The notes below the pieces were generated by a model that had not been told where the DNA came from, did not search any database, and saw nothing but the letters and a program-made list of their open reading frames with translations. Shown in pieces: positions 45,796-54,228 of a stretch of DNA of 64,000 nt (position 1 is its first letter; the number at the start of each line of letters is the position of its first letter). The stretch lies in the NCBI GenBank assembly GCA_031425255.1, contig JANPIY010000208.1:6955-70954 (forward strand). Reading direction: 5' to 3'. Position numbers and translations under genes: made by a program. This DNA comes from Planctomycetota bacterium. Its GTDB lineage: Bacteria > Planctomycetota > UBA11346.

Positions 45796-47187
45796 GTCCT
45801 TCCCCGCCGCGCCTTCCTCGCCCGCGCCGCCTGTGGCATGGGCGGCATCGCTCTCGCCGGCCTGTTCGCGGGCAATGCGGCTGCCGAGGAACGTTGGCGT
45901 GGCATCATCAAGCCGCAGGCGCCGGTGAAGGCCAAGCGCATCATCCATCTGTGTATGGCCGGCGGGCCGTCGCACCTGGAGACCTTCGATTTCAAGCAGG
46001 CGCTCAAAGACCTGAACGGCAAACCGTTTCCGGACTCCTTCACCAAGGGACAACAGCTCGCGCAGCTCCAGGGCAGCGAGCTCAAGGCGCGCGGCCCGTT
46101 CACCGAATTCAAGAAATGGGGCAAATCCGGCCAGGAGATCTCGACGCTGTTCCCGCATCTCGGCTCGATCGCCGACGACCTCTGCATCATCCGCTCGATG
46201 CACACCGAACAGATCAACCACGACACCGCCCACGCCTTCATGAACACCGGCTCGATCATCAAGGGACGGCCGAGTTGGGGTTCGTGGATGGTCTATGGCC
46301 TCGGCGCGGAGACCGAGGAACTCCCAGGCTTCGTGGTGATGACCTCGCAAGGCCGTGGCGGTGGCGCCCAGCCGGTGTCGGCACGCCAGTGGTCGTCGGG
46401 GTTCCTGCCCAGCAAATTCCAGGGCATCCAGTTCCAGTCCAAGGGCGACGCGGTGCACTACGTCGCCAATCCGGCTGGCGTCGATGCGCCGACCCAGCGC
46501 GGCGTGATCGATGAGGTCACCCGCCTCAACGACCTCCTCGACCAGCGCATCCACGACCCCGAGATCGCCACCCGCAACAGCCAGTACCAGATGGCCTACC
46601 GCATGCAGACCTCGGTGCCCGACCTCACCGACGTGGGCAAGGAGCCGAAGGCGGTGCTGGAGCGTTACGGCATCAAGAAGCCAGGCGATGGCAGCTTCGC
46701 CAGCAATTGCCTGCTGGCCCGGCGCATGGCCGAGCGCGGCGTGCGCTTCATCCAGCTCTACCACCGCGCCTGGGATCACCATGGCGACATCGAGAAGAAC
46801 ATGCCGCTCGCCGCCGAGGAGACCGACCGCTCGAGCGCCGCCTTGATCATGGACCTCAAGGAACGCGGCATGTTGGACGACACGCTGGTGTTGTGGGGTG
46901 GCGAGTTCGGCCGCACCCCGATGGGCCAGGGCTCCGGGCGCGACCATCACATCCTGGGGTTCTCGGTCGCGCTGGCCGGCGGCGGCATCAAGCCCGGCAT
47001 CACCTTCGGCGCCACCGATGAACTCGGCTACAAGGCCGTCGAGCACCCGGTGAGCGTCCACGACCTGCATGCCACCATGCTGCACCTCTGCGGCATCGAC
47101 CACCTCAAGCTGACCTACCGCACGCAAGGCCGCGACTTCCGTCTGACCGACGTGTTCGGCGAGGTGGTGAAGCCGATCCTGGCGTGA
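45736..47187 (+). CDS. DUF1501 domain protein (Tat signal)
   Basis: GGAG 5 nt before the ATG at 45736. 'RRAFLARAACGMGGIALAG' Tat motif, MAGGPSHLETFD, WDHHG, GGEFGRTP. Alternative starts are TTG 45715 and ATG 45763. The heptamer array is translated as TSDIGHRTSD just before the RR motif. Confidence 0.88.
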   Translation: MPANDPLPTMTSDIGHRTSDVLPRRAFLARAACGMGGIALAGLFAGNAAAEERWRGIIKPQAPVKAKRIIHLCMAGGPSHLETFDFKQALKDLNGKPFPDSFTKGQQLAQLQGSELKARGPFTEFKKWGKSGQEISTLFPHLGSIADDLCIIRSMHTEQINHDTAHAFMNTGSIIKGRPSWGSWMVYGLGAETEELPGFVVMTSQGRGGGAQPVSARQWSSGFLPSKFQGIQFQSKGDAVHYVANPAGVDAPTQRGVIDEVTRLNDLLDQRIHDPEIATRNSQYQMAYRMQTSVPDLTDVGKEPKAVLERYGIKKPGDGSFASNCLLARRMAERGVRFIQLYHRAWDHHGDIEKNMPLAAEETDRSSAALIMDLKERGMLDDTLVLWGGEFGRTPMGQGSGRDHHILGFSVALAGGGIKPGITFGATDELGYKAVEHPVSVHDLHATMLHLCGIDHLKLTYRTQGRDFRLTDVFGEVVKPILA

Positions 47188-47260
47188 TGCCGACGGCCCG
47201 GGTCCGAGGTCCGCAGCCCGGAGTCTTGTGGTCCTCCTGGTTGCTCCGACACCATGGGCC

Positions 47261-48424
47261 ATGGTAGCCATCAAGCGCGCTCGGTCTGAACGATCCCGGT
47301 CCCCGGACACCGGACCGCGTACGCTTCGGCGCATCGCCCTGCTCTTCCGCCTGACGCCGGGCTACCCGGAGGGCGTGGTGCGCGGCCTGGCATCGCATGC
47401 GCGCCCGGATCGGCCATGGTTGTTCCGATTCTTCGACGCACCGGATGCAGCGGCGATCCGCGCCTTCGCGCCGGATGCCGGGGTGTGCTGTCTGACGGAA
47501 GCCACCTGGGCGGCGATGGTCCGGCGGCTGCGTCTGCCGCTGGTCAACCTCGGCATCCACGAGCTGGCGCCGCGGCTGCCGCAGGCCGGCAACGACGACC
47601 ATGCCATCGGCGCGGCGGCGGCACGGCACTTCCTCGACCGCGGGTTCACCAGCTTCGCCTATGCCGCAGCGACCTCTACACCGGCGACCGCACGGCGAGG
47701 GGAGGGCTTCTGCGCCACGCTCAGTGCCGCCGGACATGCGGTACAGCGGCGCGTCGGCGGGCCCGACGATGCCTGGCTGCGCGCGCTCCCGCGGCGCACC
47801 GCGATCTTCGCTTTCAACGACCATGCCGCGGCGCAGCTCGCCGACCGCTGCCGCGATCTCGGCCTGCGTCTTCCCGAGGACCTCGCGCTGGTCGGCGCCG
47901 ACAACATCGAGAGCCTGTGCCTGCTGGCGTATCCACCGCTTTCCAGCGTCGCCGTTGCGGCGGAACGCATCGGTCAGGCGGCCGGCGCGATGCTCGATGA
48001 ACTGCTCGCCGGGCGTGCCGTGGCGAGCCGCTTTCTGCCTCCACTCGGCGTGGTGACGCGCCAGTCGAGCGACCTCATCGCCGTAGAGGAACCCCACGTG
48101 GCGGCGGCGCTGCGTTTCATCGCCGCGCATGCGGCTCAGCCGATCCGCGTGTCCGACGTGATGCGCGCGGTGCCGATCGCCCGCCGTACGCTGGAGGAGC
48201 GTTTCCGCGCGCGCCTCGGCCGCAGCCTGCTCGAGGAGATCCAACGCGTGCACCTGGAACGAGCCAAGCACCTGCTGCTGAGCACCGACTGGACGATGCC
48301 GCGGATCGCTGAAGCCAGCGGCTTCAACGACGCCAAACGTTTTGCCACGGTGTTCGCCCAGCGCGAAGGCAGCACGCCGATGCGGTTCCGCAAAGGAGGA
48401 ACGACTTTTCGATGCCCGCCGTGA
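47261..48424 (+). CDS. XylR-like transcriptional regulator (periplasmic-binding-protein-like sensor plus AraC-type HTH)
   Basis: 'RRIALLF', 'AIFAFNDHAAAQLADRCRDLGLRLPEDLALVGADN', and the C-terminal AraC HTH 'IAEASGFNDAKRFATVFAQREGSTPMRFR'. Start ATG 47261 or GTG 47228. Confidence 0.82.
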   Translation: MVAIKRARSERSRSPDTGPRTLRRIALLFRLTPGYPEGVVRGLASHARPDRPWLFRFFDAPDAAAIRAFAPDAGVCCLTEATWAAMVRRLRLPLVNLGIHELAPRLPQAGNDDHAIGAAAARHFLDRGFTSFAYAAATSTPATARRGEGFCATLSAAGHAVQRRVGGPDDAWLRALPRRTAIFAFNDHAAAQLADRCRDLGLRLPEDLALVGADNIESLCLLAYPPLSSVAVAAERIGQAAGAMLDELLAGRAVASRFLPPLGVVTRQSSDLIAVEEPHVAAALRFIAAHAAQPIRVSDVMRAVPIARRTLEERFRARLGRSLLEEIQRVHLERAKHLLLSTDWTMPRIAEASGFNDAKRFATVFAQREGSTPMRFRKGGTTFRCPP

Positions 48425-48428
48425 TGGA

Positions 48429-49454
48429 TCAACCGACGGCGTGGTAGGTCGTCCCGCGCGTCTTGCCGCGCATGGTGGCATGACCGTTCACGACCAGTTG
48501 CCGCAGGAGCGCGCGTACGATGACGGCTTTCCAACCGAGCGCGACCTGGGCCTCGGCACAGGTCAATACCTGCGACCGCTGCAGGAGGCGCAGCAGACGC
48601 GCTGATGGATCCTGCGCCGGTTTCTGTCTCGTGACGCTCACGCTGGCCGCTGCCGGAGCGGACGGTTTGACCGTCTTCGCTGCCACCTTCATGACCAGGC
48701 CGCTGCGCTTCTGACCGCCTTGGCCGGCTGGTGGCGTGCTGACGTCGGCCTCCATTTCCAGTCCGAACAACGCGCCAACCTCCGCCACTGCGAGCGTCCG
48801 GCCGGAACCCGGACCGGTGGTCTTCGCCAGCAACCCCACGCCCGCCTGGGCCAGCAGGTCGGTGGGGTTGGTCTGACGCAAAGTGAACAGCAGCTCCGGC
48901 TGGTGATCGAGTCGCGCGCCGACCCCGTACAGCACGGCTGCGGCATGTTTGCACAGGTACGACCCGTCCGGACAGCTGCATTCCACCCGGATCTGCTTGG
49001 GCGAGGGGAAGAGCCCGTCGTCCTGGTGGCACAGGCGCTCCATCACCGCGGCAGCGAAATGGCCCTGCAGGAGTTCGACCAGCGAATCGATACCGCCGGC
49101 GCATGCCGTGCAGAGCTGCGCCCAGGCGGTCTTTTTCAGCGGGGCTATGGTGATGGTGACCCGGTACATGGACGAGCCGCTGATGTGGGCTGCGATCCGT
49201 CCTGGTGCCACCTGCAGGTCCACGACCGAGCCGTTGCGCGCGTAGGTGCGACCGCGCGGCAGGCGGTTGGCGTAATCGCTATAGGCTTCCAGATGCGTAC
49301 ACCACGCCTTCCCCCACACGGTGGTGGCGATCGCGCGGCCCGTGATCACCACCGGCGATACCGGGTGGCCTTTCTTGGCCAACCGGGCCATCGCCGCCGC
49401 GGCGTTCTTGCGGCGTTCAGCGACCGGTACATAGGGGGCCCATTCATAGAACAT
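48429..49454 (-). CDS. SWIM zinc-finger protein with a C-terminal winged-helix-like region
   Basis: 'VECSCPDGSYLCKHAAAVLY' is a CxC...CxH SWIM motif. The N-terminus 'TTVWGKAWCTHLEAYSDYANRLPRGRTYARNG' is typical of SNF2-associated SWIM proteins. Confidence 0.85.
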   Translation of the reverse strand: MFYEWAPYVPVAERRKNAAAAMARLAKKGHPVSPVVITGRAIATTVWGKAWCTHLEAYSDYANRLPRGRTYARNGSVVDLQVAPGRIAAHISGSSMYRVTITIAPLKKTAWAQLCTACAGGIDSLVELLQGHFAAAVMERLCHQDDGLFPSPKQIRVECSCPDGSYLCKHAAAVLYGVGARLDHQPELLFTLRQTNPTDLLAQAGVGLLAKTTGPGSGRTLAVAEVGALFGLEMEADVSTPPAGQGGQKRSGLVMKVAAKTVKPSAPAAASVSVTRQKPAQDPSARLLRLLQRSQVLTCAEAQVALGWKAVIVRALLRQLVVNGHATMRGKTRGTTYHAVG

Positions 49455-49456
49455 GT

Positions 49457-52165
49457 TCAGGCCTCAGCGCTGGCGGTAGAGAGGTCGAGACTCACGAGTT
49501 TCAGCAACTCGTCATTAGAAAGGGCCGTGAGGTCGGGCTCGCCGCGGCGATGATCGTCGAGCAGGTCATCGGAGAGCGCGCGTTTCGAGGCCATCATGGC
49601 GTCGATCTTCTCTTCGATGGTGCCACGACAGACGAATTTATGCACCAGGACCTGACGCGTCTGGCCGATGCGGAAGGCACGGTCGGTGGCCTGGTTCTCC
49701 ACCGCGGGGTTCCACCACCGATCGAAGTGGATGACGTGCGATGCGGCGGTGAGGTTCAAGCCGGAACCGCCCGCCTTGAGCGACAACACGAAGAAGGGCA
49801 CGGACTGGTCCTCTTGGAAGCGCTGCACCAGGTCCTTTCGTTCCTTCACTGCCGTTTCTCCGGTGAGTACCAGCCCTGGACGGCCGAAGATCGCACCCAG
49901 GAACGCGGCCAGAGGTGCGGTGGTTTCACGGAACTGCGAGAACACCAGCATCTTCTCCTGCTTTGCCGCGATGACCTCGGCGAGTTCGCGCAGACGGGCG
50001 AGCTTACCGCTGTCGGCCTCGGCCCAGGCACCATCACCGAGCCAGTGCGAGGGATGATTGCAGATCTGCTTGAAGCGCATGAGGAACGCCAGGACGACTC
50101 CTTTGCGTTTGATACCGTCCAGGTCATCGCCGGCCAGCGTCTTGGCGAGTTCGCCCACCCCTTGCTGGTACAACGCCGCCTGCCGCCGCGACAACGCGCA
50201 GAATGCCGTGAGTTCGATCTTGTCCGGCAGATCGCTGATCACCGACTTGTCGGTTTTGAGCCGCCGCAGCAGATAAGGCTGCACCAGGGCGCGTAGCGGC
50301 GCATACCCCCGTGGCGTACCGGCGAGGCTCTTGGTGAAGGTGGTGAAGGCCTTGGCGCTGCCGAGCAAACCGGGGTTGATGAAATCGACGATCGACCACA
50401 GGTCGCTCAGGCGGTTTTCGATCGGTGTGCCCGTCAAAGCGATGCGCGACTGGGCGGTCAGTTGCTTCACCGCGCGCGTCTGCCGGGTGCCCGGGTTCTT
50501 GATCGCTTGTGCTTCATCGAGCACCGCCAACCGCCAGCGGGTGGCACCCATCCATGACAGGCGACCGAGCGCGCCGTAGCTGGTGATGACCAGATCGAAA
50601 GCCGCCATGCCCGATGCCGTCAGGGCTTTCAATGCCTCACCCGGCATTGCCGAGGGATGTGCGACCAGCACACGCAGGGACGGTGCGAAGCGGGCGACCT
50701 CCTGCGCCCAATTGGCGAGCAGTGATGCCGGAGCCACCAGCAGGTTGGGGGCGCTCCCCTCCGTCTGCTTCCGCACCAGCAACAGAGCGATGATCTGGAT
50801 GGTCTTCCCCAGACCCATGTCGTCGGCCAGGCACGCACCCAGACGGAGGCGGGAAAGCAGGTGCAACCAGCGGACACCGACTTGTTGATACGGCCGCAAG
50901 GTGGCGTGCAGGTCCCGGCCGGGGTCGACCGCGACCAGCCCCTGGGGTCCGCGCAGGCTCTGCAGGGTCTCCGCCAGCCAGGGGCCGGCGACCACCTGCG
51001 ACCACTCGGCCTCGATGCGCATGCCGGGATCGTCTGGCGCCACGCCGGCACCAGCCAGCAAGCGCATCGCGGCGTGGAAACCCAGACCCTTCTGCCGCGC
51101 CACCGCTTCGACCTGCTTGAAGTGATCGAGCGTCTTTTCCAGACGGGCGCGATCGACCTCCACCCAGCGGCCACGGATCAGCACCAGATCCTGGGAGCCG
51201 GCGAGCAACTGGCCGGCTTCCGTGGCCGTCAGCGGCTCGCCGTCGAGCGCGAGGTCGATGGTGAAATCAAGCAACGCATCCTGTCCGAGCTGCGTTGGGG
51301 CTGTGGCGCCCACGGTGGCCTTGACCTGCGCACGCGCCGGCCGGTTCGCACGCCAGGTCGCCGGCATGCGGACGATCAGGCCGGCCTGTTCCAGCTGCGG
51401 CACATCGTGGAGGAATTGCAGTGCTTCAGCAGCGGACCAGCGCAGCGGATGAAAGATCTCACGGCTGTCGATCAACGCCTTCAGCCAGGCGCAGCGCTCG
51501 CCGGCGCGCTGCAACGGCACCAATAGCGCCAGCAGGCGATCCTTGTTCGCCGTGCCGGCGAATTCCTGCAGGGCCTGCCCCAACGGCTGATGCTGGGTCT
51601 TCGCCTGCGCCGACAGCCGCGTGGTGTAGGTCGCCAGGAAGGCAAACGGCTGGTGCTCATCTTTGCGGTTTTCGGCCAGGTGCACGTGCACCCGACCGAC
51701 CAGATGCCAAGCGGGATTGCGCGACTGCAGGAATGCCGGCAACGGCTGACGCGCACTGGCGAACTCGTCGGTGAACGCCTCACCGAGTCCCGACCACAAC
51801 TCCTGCAGGAGTTCGGCGGTGAGGTACTCGGCGCCCGCCATGGGCGGAGCGGTGGCGACCAGACTCCTCAACTCGTCGAGGAGCGGCGCGGGAGGACAAG
51901 GGACGGTCTGCTGCGAAAGGTCCGGCAGCATGCACAACGCCGAGACGAAACGCGCTGAGAGATCACGCCACCAGGCGATCACCGGCGGCAGCGCCACTCC
52001 GATGTCGCACATGCCCATGGACAACAGGCCATGACCAGTGCCGCTAGTGAAGGCGGCGAGCAGGCGCGTCCGCATGGCCACCGGCAGCGGCGCATCATCG
52101 CCATCGAGGGTCAGGATGAGCTGGCCGCGCGGAGTCAGTGCGAGGGAGTGGCCGCGATCGTTCAA
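49457..52165 (-). CDS. SNF2-family helicase/ATPase with a bacterial SNF2-helicase-associated N-terminal domain
   Basis: 'LADDMGLGKTIQIIALLL' (motif I), 'LAVLDEAQAIKN' (DExx), 'LTGTPIENRL', C-terminal 'LKAGGSGLNLTAASHVIHFDRWWNPAVENQATDRAFRIGQ'. The TTG start overlaps the upstream stop (TTGA). The alternative internal ATG is at 52075. Confidence 0.92.
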   Translation of the reverse strand: MNDRGHSLALTPRGQLILTLDGDDAPLPVAMRTRLLAAFTSGTGHGLLSMGMCDIGVALPPVIAWWRDLSARFVSALCMLPDLSQQTVPCPPAPLLDELRSLVATAPPMAGAEYLTAELLQELWSGLGEAFTDEFASARQPLPAFLQSRNPAWHLVGRVHVHLAENRKDEHQPFAFLATYTTRLSAQAKTQHQPLGQALQEFAGTANKDRLLALLVPLQRAGERCAWLKALIDSREIFHPLRWSAAEALQFLHDVPQLEQAGLIVRMPATWRANRPARAQVKATVGATAPTQLGQDALLDFTIDLALDGEPLTATEAGQLLAGSQDLVLIRGRWVEVDRARLEKTLDHFKQVEAVARQKGLGFHAAMRLLAGAGVAPDDPGMRIEAEWSQVVAGPWLAETLQSLRGPQGLVAVDPGRDLHATLRPYQQVGVRWLHLLSRLRLGACLADDMGLGKTIQIIALLLVRKQTEGSAPNLLVAPASLLANWAQEVARFAPSLRVLVAHPSAMPGEALKALTASGMAAFDLVITSYGALGRLSWMGATRWRLAVLDEAQAIKNPGTRQTRAVKQLTAQSRIALTGTPIENRLSDLWSIVDFINPGLLGSAKAFTTFTKSLAGTPRGYAPLRALVQPYLLRRLKTDKSVISDLPDKIELTAFCALSRRQAALYQQGVGELAKTLAGDDLDGIKRKGVVLAFLMRFKQICNHPSHWLGDGAWAEADSGKLARLRELAEVIAAKQEKMLVFSQFRETTAPLAAFLGAIFGRPGLVLTGETAVKERKDLVQRFQEDQSVPFFVLSLKAGGSGLNLTAASHVIHFDRWWNPAVENQATDRAFRIGQTRQVLVHKFVCRGTIEEKIDAMMASKRALSDDLLDDHRRGEPDLTALSNDELLKLVSLDLSTASAEA

Positions 52166-52599
52166 TGAGTCATCCCTGGCATTTCGTCCTCGGGCGCGGC
52201 GTCGACCACGGTGATTCCCAGATCCGCGGCCCAGGCGAGCAGAACGTGGCGGGTAGCGGCTTCTTCATAGCGATGCCAACGCTCCAACAGCCCACGGTCA
52301 GCCAGCAGATGCTTGTAAGCCCGCCACCCGCCGCGTCGGGAGAAGCACCGGACGACATCCTCATGCAGCGGTGGGCATTCGTCGGCCACGAAGGCCAACA
52401 CCAGTCGCTGTTTCAGATCGAGTTCCCTGGCATCGGGCAGGAGGTGCCAGCCGGTCTCATCGGCGGGGGGAGGGCCGTCACCTTGACCATCGTATAACAC
52501 CCTGACCTGACCGGTCTGGCCATGGATCCACGAGCGCGCATCGTGGCTGGCATCGCGGGCCATGAACGCGCTTTCCAGGTCCGTCCATCTCACAGGCAT
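52162..52599 (-). CDS. hypothetical 145-aa protein translationally coupled to the SNF2 helicase
   Basis: ATG at 52599. Its stop overlaps the helicase start. Possibly UPF0158-like; this is a weak impression only. Confidence 0.6.
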   Translation of the reverse strand: MPVRWTDLESAFMARDASHDARSWIHGQTGQVRVLYDGQGDGPPPADETGWHLLPDARELDLKQRLVLAFVADECPPLHEDVVRCFSRRGGWRAYKHLLADRGLLERWHRYEEAATRHVLLAWAADLGITVVDAAPEDEMPGMTH

Positions 52600-52693
52600 G
52601 GCTTGCGGTCTCCGACGCGGGTGAGCGGGCTTCGCCTGAAATCTGGAAGACGCGGTCCGGGCGATATAGCGACAGCATGCGGCAAGCGTCCAC

Positions 52694-53161
52694 TCATCCG
52701 CTCATCTCCGGCCCCGCCGACGGCCCAGGGAGGCCAGCCACCACGTCGGCGTCCGAACGGTCGGGGTCGATGCAGTCGGCGATGATGTGGTCGGCGAGTT
52801 CGCTCAGGTACTGGCTGAGTACGGCATTCATCTCCTGGAACTCCGGCCACAGATCGCGATCGACCTGCGCCCAGGTGAGGCGCACGCACACCGAGGTCCG
52901 GCGCATGCGCGGATAACGATAGGGTTTGAGGCCCTTGCTGCGGCACAACGCCAGGAACAGCCGCAGCGACCAGGGATTGGTCAGGGAAAAACGGTATTCG
53001 ACCGCCGGTTCGACCGCGGGCCCCGCTGACTCCCCGAGATCGAGGCGGCTCTGCATGCGTTCTATCGCCGCTTGCGCCGCCTGCCGCTCACCGGCGGTGG
53101 TGGCCCCGGCGAAGAGTGCTTTGATCTTTGCCAGACGTTCGCGGATCTGCTGCGCATCCAT
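52694..53161 (-). CDS. hypothetical 155-aa protein with a DUF2786-like N-terminal helix
   Basis: 'QQIRERLAKIKALFAGATTAGERQAAQAAIERMQSRL' resembles the DUF2786 pattern (kI.kLLala....nEaeaA...a..L). The remainder is unassigned. Confidence 0.55.
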   Translation of the reverse strand: MDAQQIRERLAKIKALFAGATTAGERQAAQAAIERMQSRLDLGESAGPAVEPAVEYRFSLTNPWSLRLFLALCRSKGLKPYRYPRMRRTSVCVRLTWAQVDRDLWPEFQEMNAVLSQYLSELADHIIADCIDPDRSDADVVAGLPGPSAGPEMSG

Positions 53162-53484
53162 GCGTGGGCAGTCTCCATGGAATGAACCGCGCGCAAACCG
53201 CTGCTACATGCTGGCACGCGCTGAGCGGTCCTTGTCGCTTCTCCGCTGGCCTGAGGACCGCACGCCATTGACTGCGTCGGGGCGGCAGCTGCAGGAGAGC
53301 CGTGACGGTCGGCGAACCCTCCGCGGCCAGAGCCGCCATCGGTACCGTTTCTTGGAACCGGCGGATGAGGCCGCTATGGGCGTTGAACGCCGGCCGTCAA
53401 AGGGGAACTCGAGGAACGTGCCTGGCGGATTGCGAGAGCAGAATCGTCACTGGGCGGCTTTAGCCTGACCACGGGGACCACCCC

Positions 53485-54174
53485 TCACCCCTTTGCGGAG
53501 GCGAATGCCTCCGCCAGCAGCTCGAGCACCACTGCGGCGTGATCGCTGCCCTGCCCGGACGGTTCCAGCTTCATCGCCGTCAGACCGCCCTCGATCTCCA
53601 GGATCGCCAAGCCGTGGACCGCGGCGAGCGCGAGCAGCAGGCGCGGCTGCAACCGCGCCGAGGCGCGGTTGCGGAAGCCCAGGAAGTCCTGCATCGCCTC
53701 CGACACCAGCAGCCAATTTGCGCCGCGCGCGTCCATGAGGTCCTGGTTGCCGGCATCGAGCAGATCCGAGCGCCACATCAGGCGGAACCATTCCCGGTGT
53801 TCGCGGGCGAAGCCCAGGTAGGCCAGCCCGGTCGCCTGGAGGCGCAGGAACGGGTTCTTGCCCGCAGACTCCAATCCGGCGAGCTGGCGTTGATTGAGCG
53901 CTTCGCAACCCGCGGTGGCGATCGCCGTCAGCAGGCCGCGCAGCTCGGGGAAATGATTGATCGGCGCGGCATGCGACACCCCCACCGCGCGCGCCACCGC
54001 GCGGATGGTGAGCCCGGCGAGGCCCTCGCGTTCGAGGACGTGCACCCCCGCCGCCACCAGCGACGCGCGCAGGTTGCCATGATGATAGGCCTTGCGCCGG
54101 CGGACGGGGGCCTTGCTGACGGGCGGCTTGCGGGTGCTCACGCGTGCATCGTGGCGGCCTCTCGCCACGATCAA
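53485..54174 (-). CDS. TetR/AcrR-family transcriptional regulator
   Basis: HTH region 'AYHHGNLRASLVAAGVHVLEREGLAGLTIRAVARAVGVSHAAPINHF'. Start uncertain: TTG 54174 or in-frame GTGs a few codons downstream. Confidence 0.88.
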   Translation of the reverse strand: MIVARGRHDARVSTRKPPVSKAPVRRRKAYHHGNLRASLVAAGVHVLEREGLAGLTIRAVARAVGVSHAAPINHFPELRGLLTAIATAGCEALNQRQLAGLESAGKNPFLRLQATGLAYLGFAREHREWFRLMWRSDLLDAGNQDLMDARGANWLLVSEAMQDFLGFRNRASARLQPRLLLALAAVHGLAILEIEGGLTAMKLEPSGQGSDHAAVVLELLAEAFASAKG

Positions 54175-54228
54175 ATATTGACAGCGACAAGATCAGGCCA
54201 CAGGATCAGATCTTGTCGCTGTCAATAT
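54175..54228. promoter_or_regulatory. 20-bp perfect inverted repeat pair (candidate TetR operator) in the divergent tetR/ABC intergenic region
   Basis: ATATTGACAGCGACAAGATC (54175..54194) and its exact reverse complement GATCTTGTCGCTGTCAATAT (54209..54228), 14-nt spacer. Each arm contains TTGACA. The right arm ends on the first in-frame ATG of the permease ORF. Confidence 0.65.

Noticed and set aside
47207-47222. GGTCCGAGGTCCGC downstream of DUF1501, a possible further heptamer copy
   Set aside because: There are only two imperfect units and no inverted partner. Too weak to call.
42724-47334. 1536-aa minus-strand ORF, the longest in the track after the PKS
   Set aside because: It is antisense to the PSCyt/DUF1553 and DUF1501 genes (CxxCH heme motif, Tat signal, sulfatase-fold motifs). 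It crosses their intergenic heptamer repeat and has shadow-ORF composition.
54178-54206. Sigma-70-like promoter (TTGACA, 17 nt, CAGGAT) inside the palindrome
   Set aside because: The -10 is poor and the symmetric minus-strand counterpart has no acceptable -10. Mentioned in the operator finding but not annotated as a promoter.
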